Positions 45,799 to 55,655 of a stretch of DNA of 64,000 bases are shown in pieces. The stretch comes from Acutalibacteraceae bacterium (lineage in GTDB: Bacteria > Bacillota > Clostridia > Oscillospirales > Acutalibacteraceae). The DNA lies in contig JAZSMR010000089.1 of the NCBI GenBank assembly GCA_045535965.1, forward strand, positions 4,457 to 68,456. The letters are read 5' to 3'. Below the pieces are notes generated by a model. The model was not told the origin of the DNA and ran no database searches. It saw nothing but the letters and a program-made list of their open reading frames with translations. The position numbers were made by a program, and so were the translations under genes. How positions within the stretch are numbered: position 1 is the stretch's first letter; every line of letters starts with the position of its first letter.

Positions 45799-47062
45799 GA
45801 TTAATTCCTTTCACTATAATTTTATCGTATTGCTTAAGTTTATGGTAATAACCCTGGGATTTATCCTCTTCATTTTTAACAAGCACAAGACCCTGAGCTA
45901 TTACATAATCATCAGAGTAATATTGAATATCAATAGGAGCAAATTTCATAATATTACCGACAATAACATATACACCCATTACGCCATCTTCGTTCTCACT
46001 GATGGCATCGTTACTGATTTTATATCCGCTGTATTCTTTAACGTCAATTGTGGCAGTTTCCTTGCGTATTTTTGCAAGTTCTTCGTTCATTGCAGTACAC
46101 TTAAGCGTAACTGTTATGACATCATCTTTTGATTCGGTAACATCGTAAACCAGCATATCAATGTCACTAATACCGAGATCTTCAAAAGAAACACTCACCC
46201 AGTATCCGCTCTTAATAACAGAAGAATCAGATACTTCCATATCAAAAACATAGTACCAGGTATGCTGCGCAATCAATTTACCGTAAGCGTTCTGAGTATC
46301 CTCCGGAGAAACTGAAGCAAACCTTTTACCGTCACCGTTGCTGATTTTTTTGCTTTCAATGTCTTTATAGCTGACACTTGATTCATATCCGTCAACATAT
46401 CCGACAAAATAGCCTGCATAAGGTGAAGTAATTTTCTTCTTTATTGTATAAGAGGATTTCAGGCTTTTGATTTGTTTTGTGTAATCGCCGATAACATCGT
46501 CATAACTCAGTTCTTCACCTGTAGCTGACTGTCTTGAAGTAATATTACCGGTTATATTTTCAGCAACAGAGTAAAAATCACTGAGCTCACCGTCAGATAA
46601 AGCCTTAACATAATTTGAAATGCCTGTTGCGATCTGTGAATTCAGAAAAAGTACATTGCTGTGGTTAAGTCCCTGTTTACTTGCTGTTTCTTTAATTTTA
46701 TCGAGCTTTTTACGCATTTCCGTTTCCTGAGTATAAGCTGATGCCTGGCTTTCATCGCCGAAGCCCAGAGCAATTACTCCGTTTTTTGCTATATTCTCAC
46801 TGTGAGAAATTGCAGGTATATAAACCAAATCATCATCTTTATAGAATATCGATATATTCTTGCCGTCAACGCTGACATTTTCATCTCTTACTGCGAAGCC
46901 TTTAACAGACACACTATGAGTCTCACTGTAAGGAAGCAGATATTCAGTTTCAAGCTTACCGGTATGCTTACCGTAAAGAGATGTGATACCGTAGAGCGCA
47001 ACCATAATCAGGAAGGCGGCAACGAGACCGATTGCGATTTTTGTGTCTTTTGTAGGCTTCAT
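45773..47062 (-). CDS. membrane-anchored HlyD-like (membrane-fusion-protein-like) protein of the division cluster
   Basis: 429 aa. A single N-terminal TM segment (IAIGLVAAFLIMVALYGI) followed by long beta-rich and coiled segments. I recall similar proteins annotated as HlyD-family upstream of yggS in Clostridia, so the family call is from memory only. It overlaps yggS by 26 nt. Confidence 0.55.
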   Translation of the reverse strand: MKPTKDTKIAIGLVAAFLIMVALYGITSLYGKHTGKLETEYLLPYSETHSVSVKGFAVRDENVSVDGKNISIFYKDDDLVYIPAISHSENIAKNGVIALGFGDESQASAYTQETEMRKKLDKIKETASKQGLNHSNVLFLNSQIATGISNYVKALSDGELSDFYSVAENITGNITSRQSATGEELSYDDVIGDYTKQIKSLKSSYTIKKKITSPYAGYFVGYVDGYESSVSYKDIESKKISNGDGKRFASVSPEDTQNAYGKLIAQHTWYYVFDMEVSDSSVIKSGYWVSVSFEDLGISDIDMLVYDVTESKDDVITVTLKCTAMNEELAKIRKETATIDVKEYSGYKISNDAISENEDGVMGVYVIVGNIMKFAPIDIQYYSDDYVIAQGLVLVKNEEDKSQGYYHKLKQYDKIIVKGINLEDGNIVS

Positions 47063-47068
47063 TGTAAT

Positions 47069-47998
47069 TTACCTTTCGTTTTCTACTATTCTGCCGGCTT
47101 CACTGATAAGCTCATCAGCAGTAAGTCTGTCTATATTTAACCAGTGAATTTCTTTATTGCGTCTGAACCACGTCAGCTGACGCTTTGCGTACCTGCGGGT
47201 TTCCATCTTAAGTTTTTCAGTAGCTTCATCAAGCGAAACAAGGCCGTCAAGATAGGGTTTAAGCTCTTTATATCCTATAGCCTGAGCAGCCGTTGAAGAT
47301 ACTTCGCTGTCAAAGAAGCTCTCAGCCTCTTCAATTAAGCCTTCAGTGAACATTTTGTCAACTCTGAGGTTAATTCTGTCATAAAGGAACTGTCGGTCTT
47401 CGGCTCTTAGACCTATAAGACACCAACTGTACTTACTTTCATTAAGATGAGAAAGCTCGTCCTGCTCACTGATTGTCTTGCCTGTGAGATAATAAACCTC
47501 GAGTGCACGTAAGATACGCTTTGTATCGTTTATGTGGAGTCTCCCAGCTGTTTCAGGGTCAATTTCACTCAGCTCGGCGTATAAAGCATCAATACCCTCT
47601 TTTTCGAGTCTTGCCTCAAGCTTTGCTCTTATATCGCTGTCTTCATAATCAAAAAATTCAGTGTTTTTAACGAGGGTATCAATATAAAATCCGGTGCCGC
47701 CGACAACAACAGGAAGTTTACCTCTTGAGAGAATATCTTCAATCGCTTCGGTTGCTTTTTCTTTATACTTAGCAACACTGAATCCTTCTCCCATTGGCAC
47801 AAATCCGATAAGATGATGTCTGACTCTCGCCTGTTCATCCGGCGTAGGCTTGGCAGTTGCAATATCCATATTTTCATAAATCTGCATAGAGTCAGCGGAA
47901 ACAATTTCACCGCCGAATTTTTCTGCAATTTCAATACCAAGTGAGGTCTTTCCTGAAGCAGTAGGCCCCAGTACAACCACAACAAGAGGTTTATCCAT
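47069..47998 (-). CDS. miaA: tRNA dimethylallyltransferase
   Basis: P-loop GPTASGKTS. The start is trimmed to MDKPLVVVV (ATG 47998, with an AGGAGA RBS immediately after the mutL stop). Confidence 0.95.
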   Translation of the reverse strand: MDKPLVVVVLGPTASGKTSLGIEIAEKFGGEIVSADSMQIYENMDIATAKPTPDEQARVRHHLIGFVPMGEGFSVAKYKEKATEAIEDILSRGKLPVVVGGTGFYIDTLVKNTEFFDYEDSDIRAKLEARLEKEGIDALYAELSEIDPETAGRLHINDTKRILRALEVYYLTGKTISEQDELSHLNESKYSWCLIGLRAEDRQFLYDRINLRVDKMFTEGLIEEAESFFDSEVSSTAAQAIGYKELKPYLDGLVSLDEATEKLKMETRRYAKRQLTWFRRNKEIHWLNIDRLTADELISEAGRIVENER

Positions 47999-48011
47999 AA
48001 ATTTCTCCTGA

Positions 48012-50084
48012 TTACTGTATTCTTCCGAACTGCTTTTCAAGTTCATATTTTGTAAGTTCAATTAAAACGGGTCTGCCGTGAGGACAGTATCTGACGCTTT
48101 CGTCATAAAGGACCTGCTCAGCGAGAACTTTCATTTCCGCTGTAGAGTTTTTATATCCTGCTTTGATTGCAGCCTTGCAAGCGGCAGTATGATGTATTCT
48201 GTCGATGGTTTCGGTTTCGATGTTAGTTCTGTTTTCTGCGAGATAAGCAGCCATTTCAATTACGGTATCTTCTACATCATCACCTGAAATAAGCATAGGG
48301 CATTCTCTGATAACTACAACTCCGTCACCGAAGTCCTCTATCAGGTACCCTGCCGATTTAAATGCGTCGAGATTGTCAATTACGGCAGTGTACTCATTTT
48401 TATTAAGAGTAACCTTTATAGCTGAAAGAAGCACCTGAGAAGAAACATTTTCCTTAGCGGCAGCCTTCATTTTATTGTAAATAATTCTCTCGTGGGCGGC
48501 GTGCTTATCAATAAGCACAACCTTGCCGTCAAATTCACAAATAATATATGTTTTAAAAACCTCGCCAAGAAGTCTGATAGGCTTATTAAGAGGTCTGTTA
48601 CTTTGTTGCGGTTTAGTAATAACCGGTTCGGCAGTCTTTTCGGGTTTATTCTGAGGTGCCGTCTGTTTAACAGGTTCGGGTTTTACGGGCTCTCTGACTG
48701 AGCCGCTTTCAGCAACTCTGACAGAAGAATTGTGAACGGCATTTTTTTGAGGTGCAGGCACATTTCTGCGCATCTCCTCATTTTTAGCCTTGATATTCTG
48801 CATTGCAGTACCGATTAAATCCGGCTCATTTTCATTCCTTACACTTTCGGACTTTTTGGGTTGTTCATTAGCTTTAACTGAAAAATCCTTAGCCGGCATA
48901 CTCTGCCAGAAGTCTTTTTTAGGCTCAGCTTTAACAGCGGTCTGAGTCTTTTCAGCAGGTTTATTTTTGAATATACTGCCGCTGAAATCCGCCTTCTTTT
49001 CAGGCTCATCGTCGAGCATACTCAGCTGTACGCTCTCAGACATTGCTCTCTGAGTTACCTTTGCAGCTCTTGATAAATCGAGCTCAGGCATTGTGTCAAA
49101 GCTGTCAAGAGCCGATTTTACGGCAAAGTACACGGCCGATGAGACCTTTCTCTCATCGCTGAAGCGCACTTCGGTTTTTGCAGGGTGAACGTTGATATCC
49201 ACAACCTCAGGGCGTACTTTAACATTAAGAACACAGCTGGGAAATTTACCCACCATAATCGAGTTTTTGTATGCATTCTCCATTGATGCCATACAGGAAC
49301 GTGACTTTATATATCTGCCGTTAAGGAAAAAATACTGCATAGCTCTCGAGGGCCTTGAGGACATAGGCTTACAAACATAACCGCTGACTACGACCCCATC
49401 TAATTTATAGTCAACCTCAAGAAGACTTTCAGCAAAAGTTCTGCCGAAAACCGAATAGATAGCCGACATAAGCTTGCCGTCACCGGGAGTAATCAGTGCC
49501 TGCTTACCCTCACGGATAAATCTGACACTTACCTCGGGATGAGAAAGTGAAATCTTATCAACCACATCGGCAACAGCATTGGCTTCCGCAACATCTTTTT
49601 TGAGGAATTTCATTCTTGCAGGCGTATTATAAAAGAGGTCGCGTACAACAATTGTCGTACCGTTGGGACAGCCTGCCTGGTCGTATCTCGTCTGCACTCC
49701 CCCTTCAACTGCATAGGAGGTGCCGAGGGACTCATTTTCGGTTTTAGTTAAGATTTCAGTTTTTGATACAGCGGCAATCGAAGCAAGAGCCTCGCCTCTG
49801 AATCCAAGGGTAAAAATGGAGTTCAGGTCATTTTCGTCTCTTACCTTACTTGTAGCGTGGCTGAGGAAAGCCTTGGGCACATCTTCGTGGTCAATGCCGC
49901 AGCCGTTATCAGTAATACGGATATATCTTACGCCGCCGTTTCTTATTTCAAGTGTAATGGTAGTGGCACCGGCATCGATAGCATTTTCAAGGAGCTCCTT
50001 TACAACACTCGCCGGTCTTTCAACAACTTCACCGGCTGCAATCAGTTCGGCAATGTGCTTAGGTAATATATTGATTTTAGCCAT
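48012..50084 (-). CDS. mutL: DNA mismatch repair protein MutL
   Basis: 690 aa. GHKL ATPase motifs (ELLENAIDAGAT, DNGCGI), a low-complexity linker, and a C-terminal endonuclease/dimerisation domain. Confidence 0.97.
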   Translation of the reverse strand: MAKINILPKHIAELIAAGEVVERPASVVKELLENAIDAGATTITLEIRNGGVRYIRITDNGCGIDHEDVPKAFLSHATSKVRDENDLNSIFTLGFRGEALASIAAVSKTEILTKTENESLGTSYAVEGGVQTRYDQAGCPNGTTIVVRDLFYNTPARMKFLKKDVAEANAVADVVDKISLSHPEVSVRFIREGKQALITPGDGKLMSAIYSVFGRTFAESLLEVDYKLDGVVVSGYVCKPMSSRPSRAMQYFFLNGRYIKSRSCMASMENAYKNSIMVGKFPSCVLNVKVRPEVVDINVHPAKTEVRFSDERKVSSAVYFAVKSALDSFDTMPELDLSRAAKVTQRAMSESVQLSMLDDEPEKKADFSGSIFKNKPAEKTQTAVKAEPKKDFWQSMPAKDFSVKANEQPKKSESVRNENEPDLIGTAMQNIKAKNEEMRRNVPAPQKNAVHNSSVRVAESGSVREPVKPEPVKQTAPQNKPEKTAEPVITKPQQSNRPLNKPIRLLGEVFKTYIICEFDGKVVLIDKHAAHERIIYNKMKAAAKENVSSQVLLSAIKVTLNKNEYTAVIDNLDAFKSAGYLIEDFGDGVVVIRECPMLISGDDVEDTVIEMAAYLAENRTNIETETIDRIHHTAACKAAIKAGYKNSTAEMKVLAEQVLYDESVRYCPHGRPVLIELTKYELEKQFGRIQ

Positions 50085-50104
50085 AAAGCTGTCATCCTTT
50101 CTTT

Positions 50105-52732
50105 TTAAATTTCACTTCTTCTTGCCTTCTTGATAAGCTCATGAAGTGTTGTCATAGCTTCAAGAGGCGTTAAAGTATTTATGTCAATATTTCTTATAGA
50201 TTCAATGATTTCATCGTCGACAGTTGATGTCATAGAGAGCTGAAGCTCATCCTCTTCTGGTACCCCAATACTGCTCTGACTGACTGCCTGTCTCTTAGGT
50301 GCATTGCCCTCAAGCTCACTGAGAATAACCCTTGCTCTTGATACAACGGAATTAGGTATGCCTGCGAGCTTTGCAACCTCTATACCATAACTTCCGTCTG
50401 CGCAGCCGCGGACAATTCTTCTAAGGAAAGTTATAGTATCTCCCCGCTTTTTAACGCAGATATTGTAGTTGTTCACACCGTCGAGGATACCCTCAAGCTC
50501 CGTCAGCTCGTGATAGTGAGTTGAGAAGAGCGTTTTTGCACCGATTTTCTTTTTATCGGCAATATATTCCAGAACTGCACGGGCGATACTCATACCGTCA
50601 AAGGTCGAGGTGCCTCTGCCGACTTCATCGAGAATGATAAGACTGTTTTTGGTCGCATTTTTAAGAATAGATGAAACCTCGTTCATCTCAACCATAAAGG
50701 TTGACTGACCTGTCGCAAGGTCGTCGGATGCACCGACACGGGTGAAAATGCTTTCGATTATACAGAGCTCTGCACTCTTAGCAGGCACAAAAGAGCCTAT
50801 CTGGGCAAGTAGTGCAATAATTGCAACCTGACGCATATATGTTGATTTACCTGCCATATTAGGGCCTGTGATAATAGCACAGCGGTTTTTGTCGCAATCC
50901 ATATAAGTATCGTTAGGCACAAAAGGAGCGTCAAGGACAGCTTCAACTACAGGGTGTCTGCCGTCAGTGATTTTGATTTCACCGCCTGCAAGCATAGTGG
51001 GACAGACATAATTTCTCTCGAGTGCCGTTGTTGCAAGCGAGCAGAGTACGTCAATAGTTGCGAGAGCCTGCGAAGTCGCCTTTATACGTGAAAATTCCTG
51101 AGCAACTCTGCTTCTTATCTGGCAGAAAATCTCATATTCAAGCTTGACGATTCTTTCCTGAGCACCGAGAACCTTGCTTTCAAGCTCTTTAAGCTCTTCG
51201 GTGATATATCTTTCACAGTTAGCAAGAGTCTGCTTTCTGAAATAGGTATCGGGTACCATATCCTTATATGAGTTTGTGACCTCAATATAGTAACCGAAAA
51301 CTCTGTTATAGCCTATTTTAAGCTTGGGTATTCCTATCGCTTCGCGTTCACGCTGTTCAATATCGAGAATAAACTGCTTACCGTTACCCTGAATGTTACG
51401 TAGCTCGTCAAGCTCAGCATTAAAACCGTCTTTGATAATATCGCCTTCACGTACAGAGAAAGGTGCTTCATCTTTTATGGAAACATCGATAAGCCCTCTT
51501 ATATCTTCAAGAAGGTCAAGGTTTGAGTATTGCTGACGAAGAAATGCACTTTCTGCAATTTGCAAAAGTACTTTGATAACAGGTATAGCCTCAATAGTCT
51601 GCTTAAGAGAGTTAAGATCCTTGGCGTTTGCTGTTTCAAACATAACTCTTGTAATAAGACGCTCAATATCAAATACCTTTGAAAGTGAAGCGGAAATATC
51701 TCCGAGCATCATATTTTTATCATAGAGCTCCGATACGGCGTTGTGACGCCTTGTAATCTGAGCAATGCTGACAAGAGGCTTTTCAAGCCAGTTTCTGAGA
51801 AGTCGCTTACCCATTGAGGTGTGAGTTCTGTCAAGCACCCATAAAAGTGAGCCCTTCTTTTCTCTGCCTCGCATAGTTTCAAGAATTTCAAGATTGCGAA
51901 GAGTATTATAGTCGAGCTTCATAAACTGACTGTCGGTATAGTAGTTGACCTCTCTTATGTTGCCGAGATCGTTTTTCTGCACATCTTTAAGATATCGAAG
52001 AAGAGCACCTGTAACTGCCGTAGCAACAGCATTGCCCGAAAAATCACAGGAGCGAAACTTTTCCTCACCGAAGTGCTCAGCACACACATCGGCACAGTCT
52101 TTAAAATCAAAGTCAATATCATCGAGCATTTCGCAGGCAGCCTCAGTACGCTTTGATATAAAGTTTGCAATAACCTTACTGTTTGCTGCCCCTCTGTTTA
52201 AAAGAATTTCGCTGGGTGAAAACGTGCCGATTTCATTGATAATATTGTTTTCGGTTGTATGTTTGTCATCGAAGTTAGTGAGATTGAGTATACCTGTCGA
52301 TACGTCGCAGAAACACACTCCGCCCATTGTGCCGTCAAAATAAACACAGGCAAGATAGTTGTTCTTTGAATCGTCGAGCATATTATTTTCGATAATACTA
52401 CCCTTTGTGATAACTCTTATAACATCTCTTTTAACGATGCCTTTAGCTGTTGCAGGGTCTTCTGTCTGTTCACAGATAGCTACTTTATAGCCTGCGGAAA
52501 CAAGCTTTGCTATATATCCTTCGGCAGAGTGGAAGGGAACACCGCACATAGGCGCTTTTTCACCCTTGGAATAGCTTCTTGCAGTAAGAGTAAGCTCCAA
52601 TACTTTAGAAGCAGTATAAGCATCGTCAAAAAACATTTCATAAAAGTCACCCAGGCGGAAAAACAAAATTGCGTCCGAGTATTCTTTTTTTATTTGTAAG
52701 TATTGAGACATCATCGGTGTCATTTCAGACAT
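50105..52732 (-). CDS. mutS: DNA mismatch repair protein MutS
   Basis: 875 aa from ATG 52732 (AGGAGGA RBS; MSEMTPMMSQYLQIK...). Walker A is GPNMAGKST. The track ORF has a 42-aa extension that overlaps the upstream gene. Confidence 0.97.
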   Translation of the reverse strand: MSEMTPMMSQYLQIKKEYSDAILFFRLGDFYEMFFDDAYTASKVLELTLTARSYSKGEKAPMCGVPFHSAEGYIAKLVSAGYKVAICEQTEDPATAKGIVKRDVIRVITKGSIIENNMLDDSKNNYLACVYFDGTMGGVCFCDVSTGILNLTNFDDKHTTENNIINEIGTFSPSEILLNRGAANSKVIANFISKRTEAACEMLDDIDFDFKDCADVCAEHFGEEKFRSCDFSGNAVATAVTGALLRYLKDVQKNDLGNIREVNYYTDSQFMKLDYNTLRNLEILETMRGREKKGSLLWVLDRTHTSMGKRLLRNWLEKPLVSIAQITRRHNAVSELYDKNMMLGDISASLSKVFDIERLITRVMFETANAKDLNSLKQTIEAIPVIKVLLQIAESAFLRQQYSNLDLLEDIRGLIDVSIKDEAPFSVREGDIIKDGFNAELDELRNIQGNGKQFILDIEQREREAIGIPKLKIGYNRVFGYYIEVTNSYKDMVPDTYFRKQTLANCERYITEELKELESKVLGAQERIVKLEYEIFCQIRSRVAQEFSRIKATSQALATIDVLCSLATTALERNYVCPTMLAGGEIKITDGRHPVVEAVLDAPFVPNDTYMDCDKNRCAIITGPNMAGKSTYMRQVAIIALLAQIGSFVPAKSAELCIIESIFTRVGASDDLATGQSTFMVEMNEVSSILKNATKNSLIILDEVGRGTSTFDGMSIARAVLEYIADKKKIGAKTLFSTHYHELTELEGILDGVNNYNICVKKRGDTITFLRRIVRGCADGSYGIEVAKLAGIPNSVVSRARVILSELEGNAPKRQAVSQSSIGVPEEDELQLSMTSTVDDEIIESIRNIDINTLTPLEAMTTLHELIKKARRSEI

Positions 52733-52772
52733 ATTGTTTTTCCTCCTGAGATTTCTACGAATTAGTTTTGAA

Positions 52773-53189
52773 TCAGTGGCAGCCGCTGCAGCTTGAGCAT
52801 GAGCCGTCACATGAGTGTTCGTGCTGCTGTTCGGGTTCACAGGTAGCAGGATCTGCACCGTTTACGCAAAGACCGAGAATCTGCATGATGTAGTTCATCA
52901 TTGAGTCAACCTGAGCTCTTGCTTCATCATACTTCTGCATATTTTCGTTAGCCATGAATTCTTCGTACTTAGCGTTGAATTCAGCTTCGAATTCCTGCAT
53001 TTTAGCGCTGTCGGGTTCTTCCTTTGAAGCTTCCATCTGATAGTTCATCTGAATCATCTGAATCTCGCCCATAAGAGCGTTGAGAGCTTCGTCCTTTTCG
53101 TTTGCTTCCTTTGCCTTTGCGAATGCAAGGTAACGCTCGTCCTGCTGAATTGCAGCACCGAGCTGTCTTGTAAGTTCAATAACGTTCAT
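52773..53189 (-). CDS. YlbF/YmcA (RicA-like) family protein with a Cys/His-rich C-terminal tail
   Basis: 138-aa helical protein. The N-terminus (ELTRQLGAAIQQDERYLAFAKAK) is typical of the Com_YlbF family. It sits between miaB and mutS, as ymcA does in B. subtilis. The tail reads CEPEQQHEHSCDGSCSSCSGCH. Confidence 0.8.
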   Translation of the reverse strand: MNVIELTRQLGAAIQQDERYLAFAKAKEANEKDEALNALMGEIQMIQMNYQMEASKEEPDSAKMQEFEAEFNAKYEEFMANENMQKYDEARAQVDSMMNYIMQILGLCVNGADPATCEPEQQHEHSCDGSCSSCSGCH

Positions 53190-53245
53190 TGTTATTACTC
53201 CTTATATAAAAATATTTTTATTAATAAATACCCTTTTACGAGTAG

Positions 53246-54679
53246 TTATTTCGCAATTTCGCCGTATACTATCCAGGTTCTCGGATTTGTTACGGTAACG
53301 TAGGTAAATTCACCGATTAGACTTTCGTCGCCGGGAAACTCAATTATAATATTTCCGCCTGTTCTGCCTGAAAGCATACCCTCACCCTTTGCAGTACCTT
53401 CAACAAGCACTCTGTAGGTTTTACCTTTCATATTGGCAGTACGCTCCCCTGCAATTCTTTCCTGAAGGTCTGTGAGCTCCTTGAACCACTTGCCTTTTTC
53501 TTCTCTTGAAACAGGGTCAGCCATCGAATAAGCCTTTGTACCGGGCCTCGCCGAGAAAATGAAAGTAAACAGTGAAGTGTATTTCACTCTTTCAATCAGT
53601 GACAATGTATCACAGAACTCCTCGTATGTTTCACCGGGGAAGCCGACTATAACGTCACTTGTAATCGAAAGCTCAGGCATAACCTTATAAGCATAGTCGA
53701 TGAGCGAAAGATACTTTTCACGGTCATAATGACGGTTCATTTCCTTAAGCACTCTGTCATTGCCCGACTGGAAGGGAAGATGAAGATGCTTTGCTATCTT
53801 ATCGCTTGACGCCATAACGTCAAGAAGCTCCTTCGTACAGTCTCTCGGATGAGAAGTCATAAATCTGACAATAAAATCGCCTTCAAGCTCACTAATAGCC
53901 TTGAGAAGCGCAGGAAAACGTTTGCTTTCATCAAGGTCTTTGTTATAAGAGTTAACATTCTGACCTAAAAGTGTGATTTCCTTGTACCCTGCCGCAATAA
54001 CCTCTCTGACTTCTTTCATTACATCGTCAAAATCACGGCTTCTTTCTCTTCCACGCACATAAGGCACAATGCAGTATGAACAGAAATTATTACAGCCGTA
54101 CATAATCGGAATCCACGCCCTGAGAGTACCCTCACGCTTTACGGGTAAGCCTTCAACAATATTGCCGTCACTGTCGGTTATGTCAAAAACTCTTTTTCCT
54201 GTACAAAGTATGCGGTACATAAACTCGGGAAACTTATATGATACGTGAGTACCGAAAACAAGGTCAACAAATGAAAAGCTGTTCTTGATTCTGTCGGCAA
54301 CGCTCTGCTGCTGCATCATACAGCCGCAAAGAGCGATAATCATATCGGGTTTCTGTTTTTTTATTGGCTTAAGAGCACCCACATTGCCGAAAACTCTGTC
54401 CTCGGCATGTTCTCTTATTGCACATGTATTATATAAAACCAGGTCAGCATCTTCAGGCGACTCACAGAAATCATAGCCCATCTGTTCAAGCATACCTAAA
54501 AGTCTTTCACCGTCTGCAACATTACCCTGGCAACCGTAGGTATGAACAAAAGCCTTGGGTGAAACAGCAGGGTACCTTGAAGAAATGACGGTTCTGACAA
54601 GGTTCATATATTCTTTTTGTTTATCCAATTCCTCCTGAGGAACGGAAAATTTATCTTTATTCAAAGTTATATCCTCCAA
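53246..54679 (-). CDS. miaB: tRNA-2-methylthio-N6-dimethylallyladenosine synthase (radical SAM methylthiotransferase)
   Basis: 477 aa. N-terminal UPF0004 cysteines (TYGCQGN), the radical-SAM CxxxCxxC motif (CNNFCSYC), and a C-terminal TRAM domain. Confidence 0.95.
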   Translation of the reverse strand: MEDITLNKDKFSVPQEELDKQKEYMNLVRTVISSRYPAVSPKAFVHTYGCQGNVADGERLLGMLEQMGYDFCESPEDADLVLYNTCAIREHAEDRVFGNVGALKPIKKQKPDMIIALCGCMMQQQSVADRIKNSFSFVDLVFGTHVSYKFPEFMYRILCTGKRVFDITDSDGNIVEGLPVKREGTLRAWIPIMYGCNNFCSYCIVPYVRGRERSRDFDDVMKEVREVIAAGYKEITLLGQNVNSYNKDLDESKRFPALLKAISELEGDFIVRFMTSHPRDCTKELLDVMASSDKIAKHLHLPFQSGNDRVLKEMNRHYDREKYLSLIDYAYKVMPELSITSDVIVGFPGETYEEFCDTLSLIERVKYTSLFTFIFSARPGTKAYSMADPVSREEKGKWFKELTDLQERIAGERTANMKGKTYRVLVEGTAKGEGMLSGRTGGNIIIEFPGDESLIGEFTYVTVTNPRTWIVYGEIAK

Positions 54680-54685
54680 AAGGGG

Positions 54686-55624
54686 TTACTTGCCGAGCTT
54701 TTCAGCAATATCCATAAGTCTTTTGAGACGGTAGTTGACAGCCGAACGGCTCAGAGGCGGGGCGCACATATCGCCGATTTCACGAAGACTCGAGTCGGGA
54801 TTATTAAGCCTAAGCTCTGCAATTAATTTTAAATCATCCGTAAGAGTCGGAAAAACACCGTCATCCTTGAGCTTCTGTATGGATTCAACCTGATCGTAAG
54901 AAGCGTAAACCGTGCGGGTCAGATTAGCATTTTCGAAGTTATTTCGTCTGTTAGTAAGATTACGGACATCTTTATAAATCTTGATGTTCATAATCTCCAT
55001 TGCAGCCATCTGAGCACCCATAAGAGTAAGAAGCTCCTCGATGCTCGTACTGTCCTTTATGTAAATGACGTTGATACCTCGTCTTAACATGTGTTTAGCA
55101 TTAAGACCGTAATCTGTAAGTATCTTAAGTAAATCAAGGCTGACTGTTCTGTACGGAGCAATGAACTCTATATGATAGCTCTTATTCGGGTCGCTACAGG
55201 TACCGCAAGAGAGAAAAGCACCTCTGAGGAAAGCCGCGTTACAGCAGTTGATGCTTTCCTGCATATCGTATTCAAATTCACTTTCGCTTTCATTGCGAAG
55301 ATTACCTCGGTCAATGCGCATAACCTTTTCGTTTCCTGAATTTGAAAAGCAATCAAGAACTTTTTTTCTGTCCTCGCTGCTTTCAAAGCTGACAGTTGTC
55401 TTACCGGCATCTGAAACAAAACGCTTTGCCTCTACACCCGTTACACCAAAAGCAAGTTCCGTATACTTGTCAGCAACGGCAGGGTTATCGGTCATAATGG
55501 ATATTTCCTGCTCATTGAAGCTTCTTCCGAATAAAAGCATACCGTAAGCCATAGCATGACGGCAGCAATCCGGTAAATCTGTAATTCTGATTAGCTCAGC
55601 TTTAATTTCAGATGAAAAAGACAT
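54686..55624 (-). CDS. whiA: DNA-binding protein WhiA
   Basis: 312 aa from ATG 55624 (GGAGG RBS; MSFSSEIKAEL...). LAGLIDADG-like domains followed by a C-terminal HTH (LSRSAVNYRLKRL). Confidence 0.93.
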   Translation of the reverse strand: MSFSSEIKAELIRITDLPDCCRHAMAYGMLLFGRSFNEQEISIMTDNPAVADKYTELAFGVTGVEAKRFVSDAGKTTVSFESSEDRKKVLDCFSNSGNEKVMRIDRGNLRNESESEFEYDMQESINCCNAAFLRGAFLSCGTCSDPNKSYHIEFIAPYRTVSLDLLKILTDYGLNAKHMLRRGINVIYIKDSTSIEELLTLMGAQMAAMEIMNIKIYKDVRNLTNRRNNFENANLTRTVYASYDQVESIQKLKDDGVFPTLTDDLKLIAELRLNNPDSSLREIGDMCAPPLSRSAVNYRLKRLMDIAEKLGK

Positions 55625-55655
55625 ACGAAACCTCCTTTCAGATATTCTAAAAAAA

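Noticed and set aside
52733-52858. N-terminal extensions of track ORFs: mutS (42 aa), xseA 10069-10131, radC 31108-31224, murB 56556-56717, whiA 55625-55681, miaA 47999-48061, spoIIIAB/AC, hprK and nadK
   Set aside because: In each case an internal start has a strong Shine-Dalgarno at proper spacing and gives the canonical protein N-terminus and length. The extension overlaps the upstream gene or its terminator and looks non-protein-like.
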